Below are positions 1 to 9,332 of a DNA stretch of 64,000 nt, one piece after another. The notes below the pieces were generated by a model, which saw nothing but the letters and a program-made list of their open reading frames with translations, did not search any database and was not told the origin of the DNA. Location: contig DATLDE010000004.1 in the NCBI GenBank assembly GCA_035526025.1, positions 13,011-77,010 on the forward strand. Direction: 5' to 3'. Each line of letters starts with the position of its first letter. Within the stretch, counting starts at the first letter, position 1. Both the position numbers and the translations under genes were made by a program. This DNA comes from Candidatus Limnocylindrales bacterium. GTDB taxonomy: Bacteria > Patescibacteriota > Microgenomatia > Levybacterales > UBA12049.

Positions 1-721
1 CGAGCTCCGATATCACGCCGAGCACTTCAATACAGTTGAAAATAATTCTTCTTTTTATCGAATTGCTAGTGAAGCGACATACAAAACCTGGTCCAGAATG
101 ACTCCTGAAAATTATAAATTCTCAATGAAGCTCAATAAGCTCATAACGCACGTTCATAGACTTGAATTAAACAAAGAAGTAAAAGAAAAGGTATGCTATA
201 TCTTAACCTCAACACAAGTTCTACAAAATAAGCTTGGTGTTATCTTAATTCAACTTCCTCCAAGTTTTAAGTATGATCTTGAACGTCTTGATAAATTTCT
301 GAGTTTTTTAAAAAATGAAATTAAATCACTTGAATACAAGTTTGATGTTGCGATAGAGTTCCGAAATAAATATTGGTTTATAAAGGAAGTATATGCCATC
401 CTGAAAAAATATAATGTAGCTCTAGTTGCAAGTCAATCTTCCCGTTATCCTGAAGTACGTCAAGTTACAGCTGACTTTGCATACATACGCATGCATGGAC
501 CCGTTAAGCTCTTTTCATCTCCTTATACTGCAGAACAATTAGAAGATTGGGCCGCATATATCAAAAGTATTTCTAAGAAAATGAAACAAATCTTCGTATA
601 TTTCAATAATGACTTTCATGGTTTTGCCTTGGAAAATGCCAAAGAGTTATCAGCAATTTTGAATTTTAAAATTACTCAGTCCAAATCAAATATCCAGAAT
701 TCCCATCGCGAAGCGAAATAA
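1..721 (+). CDS. DUF72 (YecE-like) protein, 5' end outside the window
   Basis: Frame open from base 2 (ELRYHAEHFNTVENNSSFYR); motifs LIQLPPSF, AIEFRN, YIRMHG, VYFNND. Confidence 0.9.
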   Translation, partial: ELRYHAEHFNTVENNSSFYRIASEATYKTWSRMTPENYKFSMKLNKLITHVHRLELNKEVKEKVCYILTSTQVLQNKLGVILIQLPPSFKYDLERLDKFLSFLKNEIKSLEYKFDVAIEFRNKYWFIKEVYAILKKYNVALVASQSSRYPEVRQVTADFAYIRMHGPVKLFSSPYTAEQLEDWAAYIKSISKKMKQIFVYFNNDFHGFALENAKELSAILNFKITQSKSNIQNSHREAK

Positions 722-741
722 AATAGTGTATAATAGTATCT

Positions 742-855
742 ATGGCAAAAAGAGTAACAGGAGTGGGTAGCAAAAAGATGGGAACCCCACACAAAACAAA
801 AAAAAGACTTGAAGCAAAAAAGCTCATGCTTGCCAACAAGCGTAAGAGAAAATAA
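742..855 (+). CDS. 37-aa very basic small protein (not in ORF track)
   Basis: Manual translation MAKRVTGVGSKKMGTPHKTKKRLEAKKLMLANKRKRK*; TATAAT at 729-734, 7 nt before ATG. Confidence 0.7.
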   Translation: MAKRVTGVGSKKMGTPHKTKKRLEAKKLMLANKRKRK

Positions 856-878
856 GATTCCCCTGTTATAATCTACAT

Positions 879-1466
879 ATGGACCTCTCCAAAAATTTTG
901 AATTAAAAGTATTTGATTCTATTCCTGAAAAATTTGTTGATCAAGTTGATAAACTTTTAGAAAATAACGAAAGCAATAATAGAATAAATGATCAAAACAC
1001 GTTAAGTGAGTACTCAAAAGAAAATTTTAATAATCAAAAAGATCGCATAAATTACATAGCTGCATTCACTGTTAAGGAGGTTATCGGAATAGTAATCGTG
1101 TTTAAAAGAAAAATTGAATTTAAAGATAAAAAAATCATACTTGGCGGTTTAGGAGGAGTTGGTACAAAGAAAGAATATAGAGGCCGTGGTATTGCTTCCT
1201 CAATGCTTAAGCTTGCACAAAAGATTCTAAGAGAATCAGATAGCGATGTTGCATACCTTGATACTGATATAAAAGATCCGGTTATGCTTAAAATGTATGG
1301 AAGGCTAGGATTTGAATTACTCAACAGATCTCATACATACAAAGGCAAGTCAGGCAAAAAATATTTTGCGAATAATGGTATGATTGCACCAATTAATTCA
1401 CTGGATATTTTTAATGAAATTATGAATGAAGATAAGCCATTTGATTTAGGAGGCAGTAATTGGTAG
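879..1466 (+). CDS. GNAT family N-acetyltransferase
   Basis: GLGGVGTKKEYRGRGIASSML acetyl-CoA motif A; MYGRLGF. Confidence 0.85.
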   Translation: MDLSKNFELKVFDSIPEKFVDQVDKLLENNESNNRINDQNTLSEYSKENFNNQKDRINYIAAFTVKEVIGIVIVFKRKIEFKDKKIILGGLGGVGTKKEYRGRGIASSMLKLAQKILRESDSDVAYLDTDIKDPVMLKMYGRLGFELLNRSHTYKGKSGKKYFANNGMIAPINSLDIFNEIMNEDKPFDLGGSNW

Positions 1467-1512
1467 CACCATTACATTTTCTATACATCCTCTGCTCTGA
1501 TATAATCCTTTC

Positions 1513-1917
1513 ATGAACAAACTTAAAACCTCAGACAAAATATACGTCGCTGAGTCAAAAATTCCAGATAGCGGGAGAGGAGTTTTCGCAAGGATTGGTA
1601 TTAAAAAAAACGAAGTAATTGAAAGCTGCCCGGTCATAGAAGTACCGCCTCACGATGTAGCCAACCTATCAGAAAGCGTTCTAGTCACATATTTTTATTA
1701 CTTGGGCAAAAATAAAGAAAGAGTTTTGATTACTCTTGGATTTGGAGCAATATACAACCATACCTATACTCCAAATGCTATGTACGAAGAAAGATTAAAT
1801 GCAGGACTGATAGATTTTGTGGCTTTGAAAGATATTTCAAAAGATGAAGAAATAACTGTTAATTATAATTCAGAAAACTCAGGAAACAAAAATCCACTAT
1901 GGTTTGAGAAGAGTTAG
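1513..1917 (+). CDS. SET domain protein (lysine methyltransferase family)
   Basis: GRGVFA, YNHTYTPNA, DISKDEEITVNY motifs. Confidence 0.9.
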   Translation: MNKLKTSDKIYVAESKIPDSGRGVFARIGIKKNEVIESCPVIEVPPHDVANLSESVLVTYFYYLGKNKERVLITLGFGAIYNHTYTPNAMYEERLNAGLIDFVALKDISKDEEITVNYNSENSGNKNPLWFEKS

Positions 1918-2375
1918 CTATTTCCTTCTGCGGCTTTTTGGAGGTCCGAAACCACAATTTTCTTCATCTGGAGCATGGCCTGCATGACTCTACCTGATTT
2001 ATCCTTGCTCATTAACTCTGTAAGCTGCTTAGGGACAATCTGCCAGGAAACTCCAAACTTATCCTTCAACCAACCACATTGGCTTTCTTCCCCGCCTTCT
2101 GCAGTAAGTTTCTCCCAATAATAGTCGACTTCTTCCTGACCATCGCAGTTAACTACAAATGAAATCGCTTCATTAAATTTGAAATTAGGTCCGGCACTCA
2201 TCAGAGTAAACTGTTGACCAAAAAGCTCAATCGAAACAATGTCTACTGCGCCACTTGGAGTATCATCAATTGTCTCGGGGTTATGTAATTTCGAATCTTT
2301 AAAAATTGACGTGTAGAGCTTAGCTGCTTCGCGAGCTTCTTTATCAAACCATAAAAATGGGGTAATTTTCTGCAT
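1914..2375 (-). CDS. VOC/PhnB-like protein (3-demethylubiquinone-9 3-methyltransferase family)
   Basis: MQKITPFLWF start; EVDYYWEKL, CGWLKDKFGVSWQIVP. Confidence 0.9.
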   Translation of the reverse strand: MQKITPFLWFDKEAREAAKLYTSIFKDSKLHNPETIDDTPSGAVDIVSIELFGQQFTLMSAGPNFKFNEAISFVVNCDGQEEVDYYWEKLTAEGGEESQCGWLKDKFGVSWQIVPKQLTELMSKDKSGRVMQAMLQMKKIVVSDLQKAAEGNS

Positions 2376-2646
2376 AAGAATCAAGGTTATTGTAGTATCG
2401 GAAATACTAATTGTCAAATACTCGATACTATATTTCGTTCTGATATAATTTATTCAGAATGAACAAGGTTCTAGAGAAAAAATTCTCAACTTAAATATTT
2501 TTTCTCCATTTGAGAATATAGAAATGCCGAAGTTAAATAAATATGAGGGCTTTATGAGAAGTGACTATTACAATCGAATAGCCAAACTTCAACTATAAAA
2601 ACTCCTTTCATAAATCTCACTATTTATATTATGCTAGTATACAAGC

Positions 2647-3150
2647 ATGGAAACAAAAAACAAAAAAGAATTGACTTTGACACGCGTCTTCAATGCACCA
2701 ATCAAGCGTGTCTGGAATGCGCTTACAACTCCTGGGCAATTTGTAAAATGGTATGGATTGTCCAATTCCACTATGTCTGATATGAAGATGGATGTGAGAG
2801 TAGGCGGTGGGTGGAGTGGTGTCATGCATATCCCAGGATACCCTGACATTTCCTGGAGAGCTGAATATATAGAGGTTAATCCCCCTGAAAAACTGGTATT
2901 TAAACTCAAAAATCCCGATGACCACAATGATCCCAACACAGAAACTGTAACTATAATACTTAGAGACTTAGATTCAAATATAATTAGAGGCTTAGACTCA
3001 AAGACTGAGATGTTTTTCAACCAATCGGGAAATCTCCCTGATGACGAGTATCAAAAAGCACTTAGAGATGGATGGACTAGTTTTTTTAACCGGCTTGATG
3101 AGGTTTTGGATTATGATGAATTTCTTCCAAAGAACAAAACTCAGGAATGA
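2647..3150 (+). CDS. SRPBCC/AHSA1 domain protein
   Basis: LTRVFNAPIKRVWNALT, DVRVGG, EVNPPEKLVF, GWTSFFNRL. Confidence 0.85.
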   Translation: METKNKKELTLTRVFNAPIKRVWNALTTPGQFVKWYGLSNSTMSDMKMDVRVGGGWSGVMHIPGYPDISWRAEYIEVNPPEKLVFKLKNPDDHNDPNTETVTIILRDLDSNIIRGLDSKTEMFFNQSGNLPDDEYQKALRDGWTSFFNRLDEVLDYDEFLPKNKTQE

Positions 3151-3285
3151 ACGTGGACTTATTAACCCTGGTCTTATCTTTTACTGTTACCTTACATATT
3201 TTTCAATCTCCCCTTACATAACTTTTACATTAATAAATTAATATTGTTTATTAAGGAACCTAACAATAAAGAGGGAGGTGATTAT

Positions 3286-3531
3286 ATGAAAAAAATAGTT
3301 TCTTTCTTTTTAGCCATTGTCTTTGCTCTAACGGTAGTAGCATCTGTTCCACCAGCAGCATCTGCTGATCACGGCGTTGAGCATGAGTATTGTGAGGAAT
3401 GGTACTCATACATTACTACATTTCATTATTGGGACCATGAGGAAGCTCACTACTCGGTTTATGTGAATTGTGGGTCCGGATGGACTTACTCGCACCGCTA
3501 TGTTGACTACTACTGGTACTATGGTGCTTGA
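3286..3531 (+). CDS. Small secreted Tyr/Trp/His-rich protein
   Basis: SD GGAGGTG upstream; Sec signal peptide ending ASA; 54-aa mature part with 2 Cys. Confidence 0.7.
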   Translation: MKKIVSFFLAIVFALTVVASVPPAASADHGVEHEYCEEWYSYITTFHYWDHEEAHYSVYVNCGSGWTYSHRYVDYYWYYGA

Positions 3532-3658
3532 TAAGCCTAGAGGTTAATATAGGGGGTGAGTCTGAAAATTGTATTTCAGCCTAGATTAGATTATGTTGAC
3601 TAATTTCCATAAGGCAGTAGTTTAATTTTCAATATTAAACTTCTGTTATAATTTCCTT

Positions 3659-4144
3659 ATGCAGGTTCGACGCATAACCCCAGATGATAGAAAAGAGCTC
3701 GTAAAACTCATCATAGATTTTGAGAATAGTTCCCAGAACTTACTCTCCCCACTTCAGGCAGGCATGAGAGCTTACAAAGATCTCCAGGGAATGGCTGAGG
3801 AAAAAGCAAAAAAATATTTATCCAAACCTAGTTATTTAGTTTTTGTTGTGGATGAAAACGGAAGTCTTAAAGGTTATATCAGCGGGGAGATTATTGAAAA
3901 AAAATATAGAATCTATAATAAAGAAGGATATGTTGAAAATTGGTTTGTTGAAAAAGATTACCAAAACCATGGTATTGGAAAAGAATTGTTTGAAACATTA
4001 ATCAAGGAATTTGAAAAATCAGACTGCACACATATAAATCTTGATACCAATATCAATAACAAAAGAGCAATAGATATTTATGAACACATGGGATTTACCA
4101 AAAGACTGGTAACATTCTTCAAGCCTTTAAAAAAACAGTCCTAA
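3659..4144 (+). CDS. GNAT family N-acetyltransferase
   Basis: FVEKDYQNHGIGKEL; NKRAIDIYEHMGF. Confidence 0.9.
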   Translation: MQVRRITPDDRKELVKLIIDFENSSQNLLSPLQAGMRAYKDLQGMAEEKAKKYLSKPSYLVFVVDENGSLKGYISGEIIEKKYRIYNKEGYVENWFVEKDYQNHGIGKELFETLIKEFEKSDCTHINLDTNINNKRAIDIYEHMGFTKRLVTFFKPLKKQS

Positions 4145-4168
4145 TTGCTCATCTGCTATAATTTCTTC

Positions 4169-4498
4169 ATGCAACATAAGATACTCAAACCCAGCTTTTT
4201 ATTGAAATTCTTGGGTGTGTTTATAATACTTTTATCTTTCTACTTTATGCAAAGAATTGTCGTCACACCGGGAGATAATCAAACTCTTTATGAAAAAGCA
4301 AAAAAGGCATGCTCTTCTGAAATCTATCTATTGGTAAATGATATTGGTCCGGTAACAGGTGCCCCCATAAAATCACCTTTTCCTGAAAAGATTATTGATG
4401 TAACAAATGATATTATAATTGATTATAGTTGTAATCAGACTGATATTTTAAAAAAAGCTTCACAAGCTCAACAAAACTTCCATTCATTTTTTGGTTGA
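4169..4498 (+). CDS. Hypothetical protein with one N-terminal TM helix
   Basis: Hydrophobic FLGVFIILLSFYF; TGCTATAAT 6 nt before ATG. Confidence 0.6.
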   Translation: MQHKILKPSFLLKFLGVFIILLSFYFMQRIVVTPGDNQTLYEKAKKACSSEIYLLVNDIGPVTGAPIKSPFPEKIIDVTNDIIIDYSCNQTDILKKASQAQQNFHSFFG

Positions 4499-4757
4499 CA
4501 CCAGTTGCTATTTTAATAAGCACAGCTGGTGGGATATTTTTATTACTCTTAATTATCCAAACTGTATATAAAATCATTAAAAAATCTGCCCACCAGAAAA
4601 AATAACCTCATTGTATCTTAGCCAACTCTGTTATAATTTTCTCATGGCTCAACCACCAATTGTTCTTGCCCATTTAATCTTTATTGGCCTGCAAGATGCA
4701 ATGCAAAAAATCTTTACAAATTTTGCTATTCTTGATTCACTAATATATTATTAATAA

Positions 4758-5321
4758 ATGAAAAATAAAAAAATTGGATTTCTAAATGAAGAATATGAAG
4801 GCGTTATCATCGGTAAGTCCTTTAAGAAAGTACCGAGATTACCCCGGGTCCTTATAGGTGCACCGCTTATTTATCTCCCCATTCTGACCACTGTTCCTTT
4901 TGTCATCATTGGCGTTTCTCTTGTCAGATGGCATCTGCAGCTCCTGGGAGCGCGCAACTTGAAGAGTTACTGGAGTTTTGTACCACACTGGGTAACTCAT
5001 AGATATACCCATAAGACACAACCTGTCGCATCCGATTCGATATTTAGTCTCCAGCATTATAAATGGGTTTGGATATTTAACTGCAAATTATATTGCCCAC
5101 TCAGCGTTGCGCTACTGAGATATGCTGTATATCTTGTCAAAATAGTTGAAAATTGGTGGTGTCCTTTTGCGCATGAAAGAAAAGAAGAATATTGTGACGC
5201 GCCGATTGATTATTCTTATTGGCACACAGATGAAAAATTAAAAAGCAAACTCCATCCAGCTGATAGAGATAATCCTATCTGGAACAAAGACGCAAAGAAA
5301 AATGACAATAAAAATAAGTAA
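4758..5321 (+). CDS. Hypothetical membrane protein, Cys/Trp/His-rich
   Basis: 187-aa ORF; TM segment; FNCKLYCP, ENWWCPFAH, SYWH. Confidence 0.7.
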   Translation: MKNKKIGFLNEEYEGVIIGKSFKKVPRLPRVLIGAPLIYLPILTTVPFVIIGVSLVRWHLQLLGARNLKSYWSFVPHWVTHRYTHKTQPVASDSIFSLQHYKWVWIFNCKLYCPLSVALLRYAVYLVKIVENWWCPFAHERKEEYCDAPIDYSYWHTDEKLKSKLHPADRDNPIWNKDAKKNDNKNK

Positions 5322-5389
5322 TGCTTTAATAAAGTTGCATATCTGAATTTTCTTACAGGAATTAAACAAATCTCTGCTATATTGTAACT

Positions 5390-5758
5390 ATGCTGAACCT
5401 CAACTCAATAATGATAGGGACTCATGATCCCAAAAGACTTGCTAATTTTTATGAAGCAGTTTTGGATAAGAAACCTGATATGCAGGATGGCTCATGGTAT
5501 GGATTTAGCGCAGGAAGTACATATCTATCAATTGGCGAGCATTCAGAAGTAAAAGACACAGCACAAGAACCACAAAGACTTATGCTTTGCTTTGAGTCAA
5601 AAGAAGTAAAAGAAGAATTTGAAAGAATCAGCAAGATTGAGGGAGTCAAAGTAATTAAAGAACCATATGAGATACAAGGAGCTTGGATAGCAACACTTGC
5701 AGATCCAGATGGCAACTATTTCCAACTAATGACCCCGTGGGAAAGTGAAAAAAACTAG
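5390..5758 (+). CDS. VOC/glyoxalase family protein
   Basis: LANFYEAVL; ATLADPDGNYFQL. Confidence 0.9.
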   Translation: MLNLNSIMIGTHDPKRLANFYEAVLDKKPDMQDGSWYGFSAGSTYLSIGEHSEVKDTAQEPQRLMLCFESKEVKEEFERISKIEGVKVIKEPYEIQGAWIATLADPDGNYFQLMTPWESEKN

Positions 5759-5839
5759 AACTTCATATTAGAATAAATCTTACATAGTTGTTACCCTTTT
5801 CTAGTATTATCCTGATGATACAATGTGATACTTATTTAT

Positions 5840-5956
5840 ATGATTAAGTCAAAATCATTTCCAATCGAATACATGATGCTTGTGGGGGTCGCGCTCAGTA
5901 TCGTACTTGCCATAACTATCAATCTCTTACTTCAAGTTGCTATCTCCCTTATATAA
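5840..5956 (+). CDS. 38-aa single-TM small protein (not in ORF track)
   Basis: MIKSKSFPIEYMMLVGVALSIVLAITINLLLQVAISLI*; -10-like TGTGATACT just upstream. Confidence 0.45.
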   Translation: MIKSKSFPIEYMMLVGVALSIVLAITINLLLQVAISLI

Positions 5957-6018
5957 ATTTTGATTTTAACCTCTAAAATGCTTTCAATTTCATCGATAAA
6001 AATGTATAGTTGGATATT

Positions 6019-6885
6019 ATGAAATTAAAAACAATAATGGTGGCAACACTGCTAGCATTTTCTATCCTTGGAACCCTTGCATATTTTGCAGGATTTCAGA
6101 GCGGATCGAATACTCCCCAAAGAAAAAATGCCGTGGCTCAAGTTGTTTCAACTTCAACACCAGTAAAAGATGTGCCTTTTCGCACATACACTGCACCAAA
6201 TATTGAGAAGAAACGCGAATATACAATTGTTATGATTGGAGACTCTATGACACATGCACTTGGACCCCACGGTGGGCCGTTTTATGAAAAACTAAATGCA
6301 CTATTTAAAGACAACAATCATGGAATCTTGATTGATAATTATGCAGGTCCATCAACCAATATTCTGACACTTGATAAAGCAATGAATACCACAACAACTT
6401 TTGCTGAGTGGACATTTGAACCACTCTTATCCAGACAATTTGACCTTATACTCATAGAATCATTTGGCTACAATCCCTTATCGCAGTTCGGTGTAGAAAA
6501 TGGAATTAAAAGGCAAAATGAGGAACTGGAAAAGCTAATGAATACCCTTATTAAAACACACCCCAAATCGGCGATAATGTTTGTGGCGACTATCGCACCC
6601 AATAAAGCAAACTATGGCAAACTTGCCAATCCAAATGATCCGCCCGAGGCCCGCGCCGCACAAGTTGATGAACGAATTTCTTATATCAGAAATCATATTA
6701 AGTATGCAACCGAGCACAATATACCAGTTATCAATATTTTTGAAAAATCACTAACTGCCGCGGGTGATGGAAATCTTGAATATATTAACCCAAATGATTA
6801 CATTCACCCCTCAGCTGTGGGAATAGAATTTATTTCGGGGGAGTTGGCAAATTTTATTTATGATAGCCAAATATTTCCCAGATGA
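6019..6885 (+). CDS. SGNH/GDSL hydrolase with N-terminal membrane anchor
   Basis: MIGDSMT block I; DYIHPS block V. Confidence 0.85.
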   Translation: MKLKTIMVATLLAFSILGTLAYFAGFQSGSNTPQRKNAVAQVVSTSTPVKDVPFRTYTAPNIEKKREYTIVMIGDSMTHALGPHGGPFYEKLNALFKDNNHGILIDNYAGPSTNILTLDKAMNTTTTFAEWTFEPLLSRQFDLILIESFGYNPLSQFGVENGIKRQNEELEKLMNTLIKTHPKSAIMFVATIAPNKANYGKLANPNDPPEARAAQVDERISYIRNHIKYATEHNIPVINIFEKSLTAAGDGNLEYINPNDYIHPSAVGIEFISGELANFIYDSQIFPR

Positions 6886-7789
6886 ATACTAATACTAAAA
6901 ACATATTTAAACACGCTCTAATTATAGTCAATCCAGTAAGTGGACTTGGTGACCCAAAAAAAAGACGAGAACTAATAAAAAACACTGCAAAAGAAGTAGG
7001 ATGGATTGGAGAATATGAAGAGACTACTCTCAGAAAAAGCGCAGGATATATTGCTAAAAATGCAATCAAAAAAGGTATTAAGCATATTGTAGTCTGTGGA
7101 GGCGATGGAACAGTTATGGAAGCGCTCGTCGCTGCTGTTAAAAAACCTGTTAATGTTGGGGTTGTTCCTCTGGGAACAGGAAATCTTTTTGCAAGAAATC
7201 TTGACCTGCCACTTGAAACAGAAAAGGCCGTAAAACTGGCCCTTACTGGAAATGCTGAAAAAATTGATATAGGTGTTGCAAATGGTAAGTACTTTAGCAT
7301 TGTTGCCGGAATGGGAATTGATGTAGATATGATAAAAGACGCAACGCGTGAGCTTAAAAACAAACTTGGATTTTTTGCATATATTTTGCTGCAATTAAAA
7401 ATATAAAGAATCCCCCCGGGCACTACAGTATCGTTATCGATGGAAATAATGCCAAAAAAATCAAGGCAAAAAGCATAATGGTTGCCAACATGGGCAAGAT
7501 TCCGGGAGGAATCAAATTTGTGCCATCCGCTCATCCCAAAAGCGGTGCGCTGAGTATTGGTATCATACAGGAAAGTAACACTTTTTCTTTACTTGATATA
7601 TCAGTCAATGCTTTGAAGGGGGATGTAAATAAGAGTTCAGATTATAAATTATACAAAGGTAAAAATATAGAAATAACATCTCTAAAAAATAGACGCCCTT
7701 TTCAGTGTGATGGAGAGGTTTTCCCACCAACCTCTAAATTAGAAGTAACTTTATACCCTGCCGCGGTATCTGTAATATTACCAAAATAA
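6882..7789 (+). pseudogene. Diacylglycerol/lipid kinase family gene split by a 1-nt frameshift near 7385
   Basis: NPVSG, GGDGT, PLGTGNLFARNL in the first ORF; adding one T to the T-run in ATATTTTGCT gives AYIFAAIKNIKNPPGHYSIVIDG...IMVAN...FQCDGE. Confidence 0.8.
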
Positions 7790-7796
7790 CTTCCTC

Positions 7797-7825
7797 TTGA
7801 CATATACCCCTAGGGGGTATATTAT
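7797..7825 (+). promoter_or_regulatory. Sigma70 promoter overlapping a CsoR operator
   Basis: TTGACA(7797)-17 nt-TATTAT(7820); inverted repeat ATATACCCC-TAG-GGGGTATAT (7802-7822), the G/C-tract form typical of CsoR operators. Confidence 0.85.
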
Positions 7826-7831
7826 TTCTTT

Positions 7832-8104
7832 ATGAAATCTCATTATTCAGACGTAAAAGTTAAGGCGCGAAAAAGAATAAATATTATAAAAGGCCAGCTT
7901 GATGGTCTCCAGAAAATGATTGAAGCCGACGAGTATTGTATTGACCTTCTCAACCAAAGCCTTGCGATTCAAAGCTCTTTAAAGAGTTTGGATGCTGTAC
8001 TCTTTGAAAGACATCTCACAACCCATGTTGCAGAACAATACAAGAAGACACCTGAAAAAGCAACTGTGGAGATAGTTAAACTTTTTAAAAGAGTAAATAA
8101 GTAA
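7832..8104 (+). CDS. csoR: CsoR/RcnR family metal-sensing repressor
   Basis: RINIIKGQLDGLQKMIEADEYCIDLLNQ...ERHLTTHV; heads the copper operon. Confidence 0.9.
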   Translation: MKSHYSDVKVKARKRINIIKGQLDGLQKMIEADEYCIDLLNQSLAIQSSLKSLDAVLFERHLTTHVAEQYKKTPEKATVEIVKLFKRVNK

Positions 8105-8117
8105 GGGGGGTGATTAT

Positions 8118-8507
8118 ATGAAACAACAATCAATAATTTATGGAGTGGTAGGACTCGTAATCGGTGTGTTATTAACGGGATTTGTAATGGGAAGTCAAAA
8201 TAATAAAACTCCAGAAAAATCCAATTCAACGATGACACATGAGAGTTCTAGCTCTGATGACAATTCAAAAATGAGCATGGAAGAAATGATGTCAGATTTG
8301 AAAGGAAAGTCAGGAGATAAATTCGATAAAGCCTTTTTAGAATCAATGATTGCACATCACGAGGATGCATTGACTATGGCAAAAGACGCAAAAGAACTGG
8401 CAAGGAGAGATGAAATCAAAAAACTAGCTGATGAAATCATATCAGCGCAAACTTCTGAAATTGATCAGATGAAAAAGTGGCAAAAAGAATGGGGATTTAG
8501 CAAGTAA
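8118..8507 (+). CDS. DUF305 (CopM-like) Met-rich protein
   Basis: FDKAFLESMIAHHEDALTMA...IISAQTSEIDQMKKW. Confidence 0.9.
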   Translation: MKQQSIIYGVVGLVIGVLLTGFVMGSQNNKTPEKSNSTMTHESSSSDDNSKMSMEEMMSDLKGKSGDKFDKAFLESMIAHHEDALTMAKDAKELARRDEIKKLADEIISAQTSEIDQMKKWQKEWGFSK

Positions 8508-8561
8508 TCTATTTGGGAGAGGTGCAAAATTATGCGCTTCTTCTAAGGAGATAACAAAACT

Positions 8562-8927
8562 ATGGAAATCGATAAATTAATCGTTGCAATATTTAGCATT
8601 GGAGGAATTATATTCACCTACTGGTTTTTTCTTATGAAAAAAGAGGAAGAAGCTGTTGTGGTTAGTAACAATAGTGTTGAAATTATTGTTAAGGGTGGTT
8701 ATTCTCCAACTGTCATTTCTATTCCAAAAGGTAAATCCACAACGCTTAATTTTATAAGACGCGATCCGAGTTCCTGTCTTGAAGAAGTTGTTCTTAGTGA
8801 TTTTAAAATAAAAAAATATTTACCTTTAAATAAAACAATACCGATTACAATAACTCCCAAAGAGATAGGTGAATTTGACTATGCATGCGGAATGAATATG
8901 TTTCATGGAAAAATTATTGTGACTTAA
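8562..8927 (+). CDS. Membrane-anchored cupredoxin-domain protein (CupA-like)
   Basis: VKGGYSP, SSCLEEVV, YACGMNMFHG. Confidence 0.85.
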   Translation: MEIDKLIVAIFSIGGIIFTYWFFLMKKEEEAVVVSNNSVEIIVKGGYSPTVISIPKGKSTTLNFIRRDPSSCLEEVVLSDFKIKKYLPLNKTIPITITPKEIGEFDYACGMNMFHGKIIVT

Positions 8928-8930
8928 ATT

Positions 8931-9332
8931 ATGATTTCAAAACGATTTAAAAAAATTATATTACTTCTCATTCCTGTAATTTATTTACATGGTGTTGAGG
9001 AAATAATTACTGGATTTTATAAGAATGATTTCTATATGGAATATTTCAGTAGTTTTTTTACATCAATACTCCAAGCGCATTATTATTCATCTCATATTGT
9101 TTGGTGGCTTATGATAGGACCGGCGTTACTGTTAGCATTTGGTGGAAAATGGAGATTAAGCGTCTTAACATTATTTGGATTATTCTTTTTTATGGAGCTT
9201 CATCACTTGATTGATGCTATTAAAACTATGAACTATTATCCAGGAGTAATAACAAATTTAATTATGGAAATTTTAGGAATTTTCTACTGGAAAGAGATAA
9301 TACTTGCTTGGAAAAACTATGACAGAAATTAA
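8931..9332 (+). CDS. HXXEE-domain membrane protein
   Basis: LHGVEE, several TM helices, YYPGVIT. Confidence 0.8.
   Translation: MISKRFKKIILLLIPVIYLHGVEEIITGFYKNDFYMEYFSSFFTSILQAHYYSSHIVWWLMIGPALLLAFGGKWRLSVLTLFGLFFFMELHHLIDAIKTMNYYPGVITNLIMEILGIFYWKEIILAWKNYDRN

Noticed and set aside
1513-1917. SET protein as a secreted host-chromatin effector
   Set aside because: No export signal; small stand-alone SET proteins are widespread in bacteria
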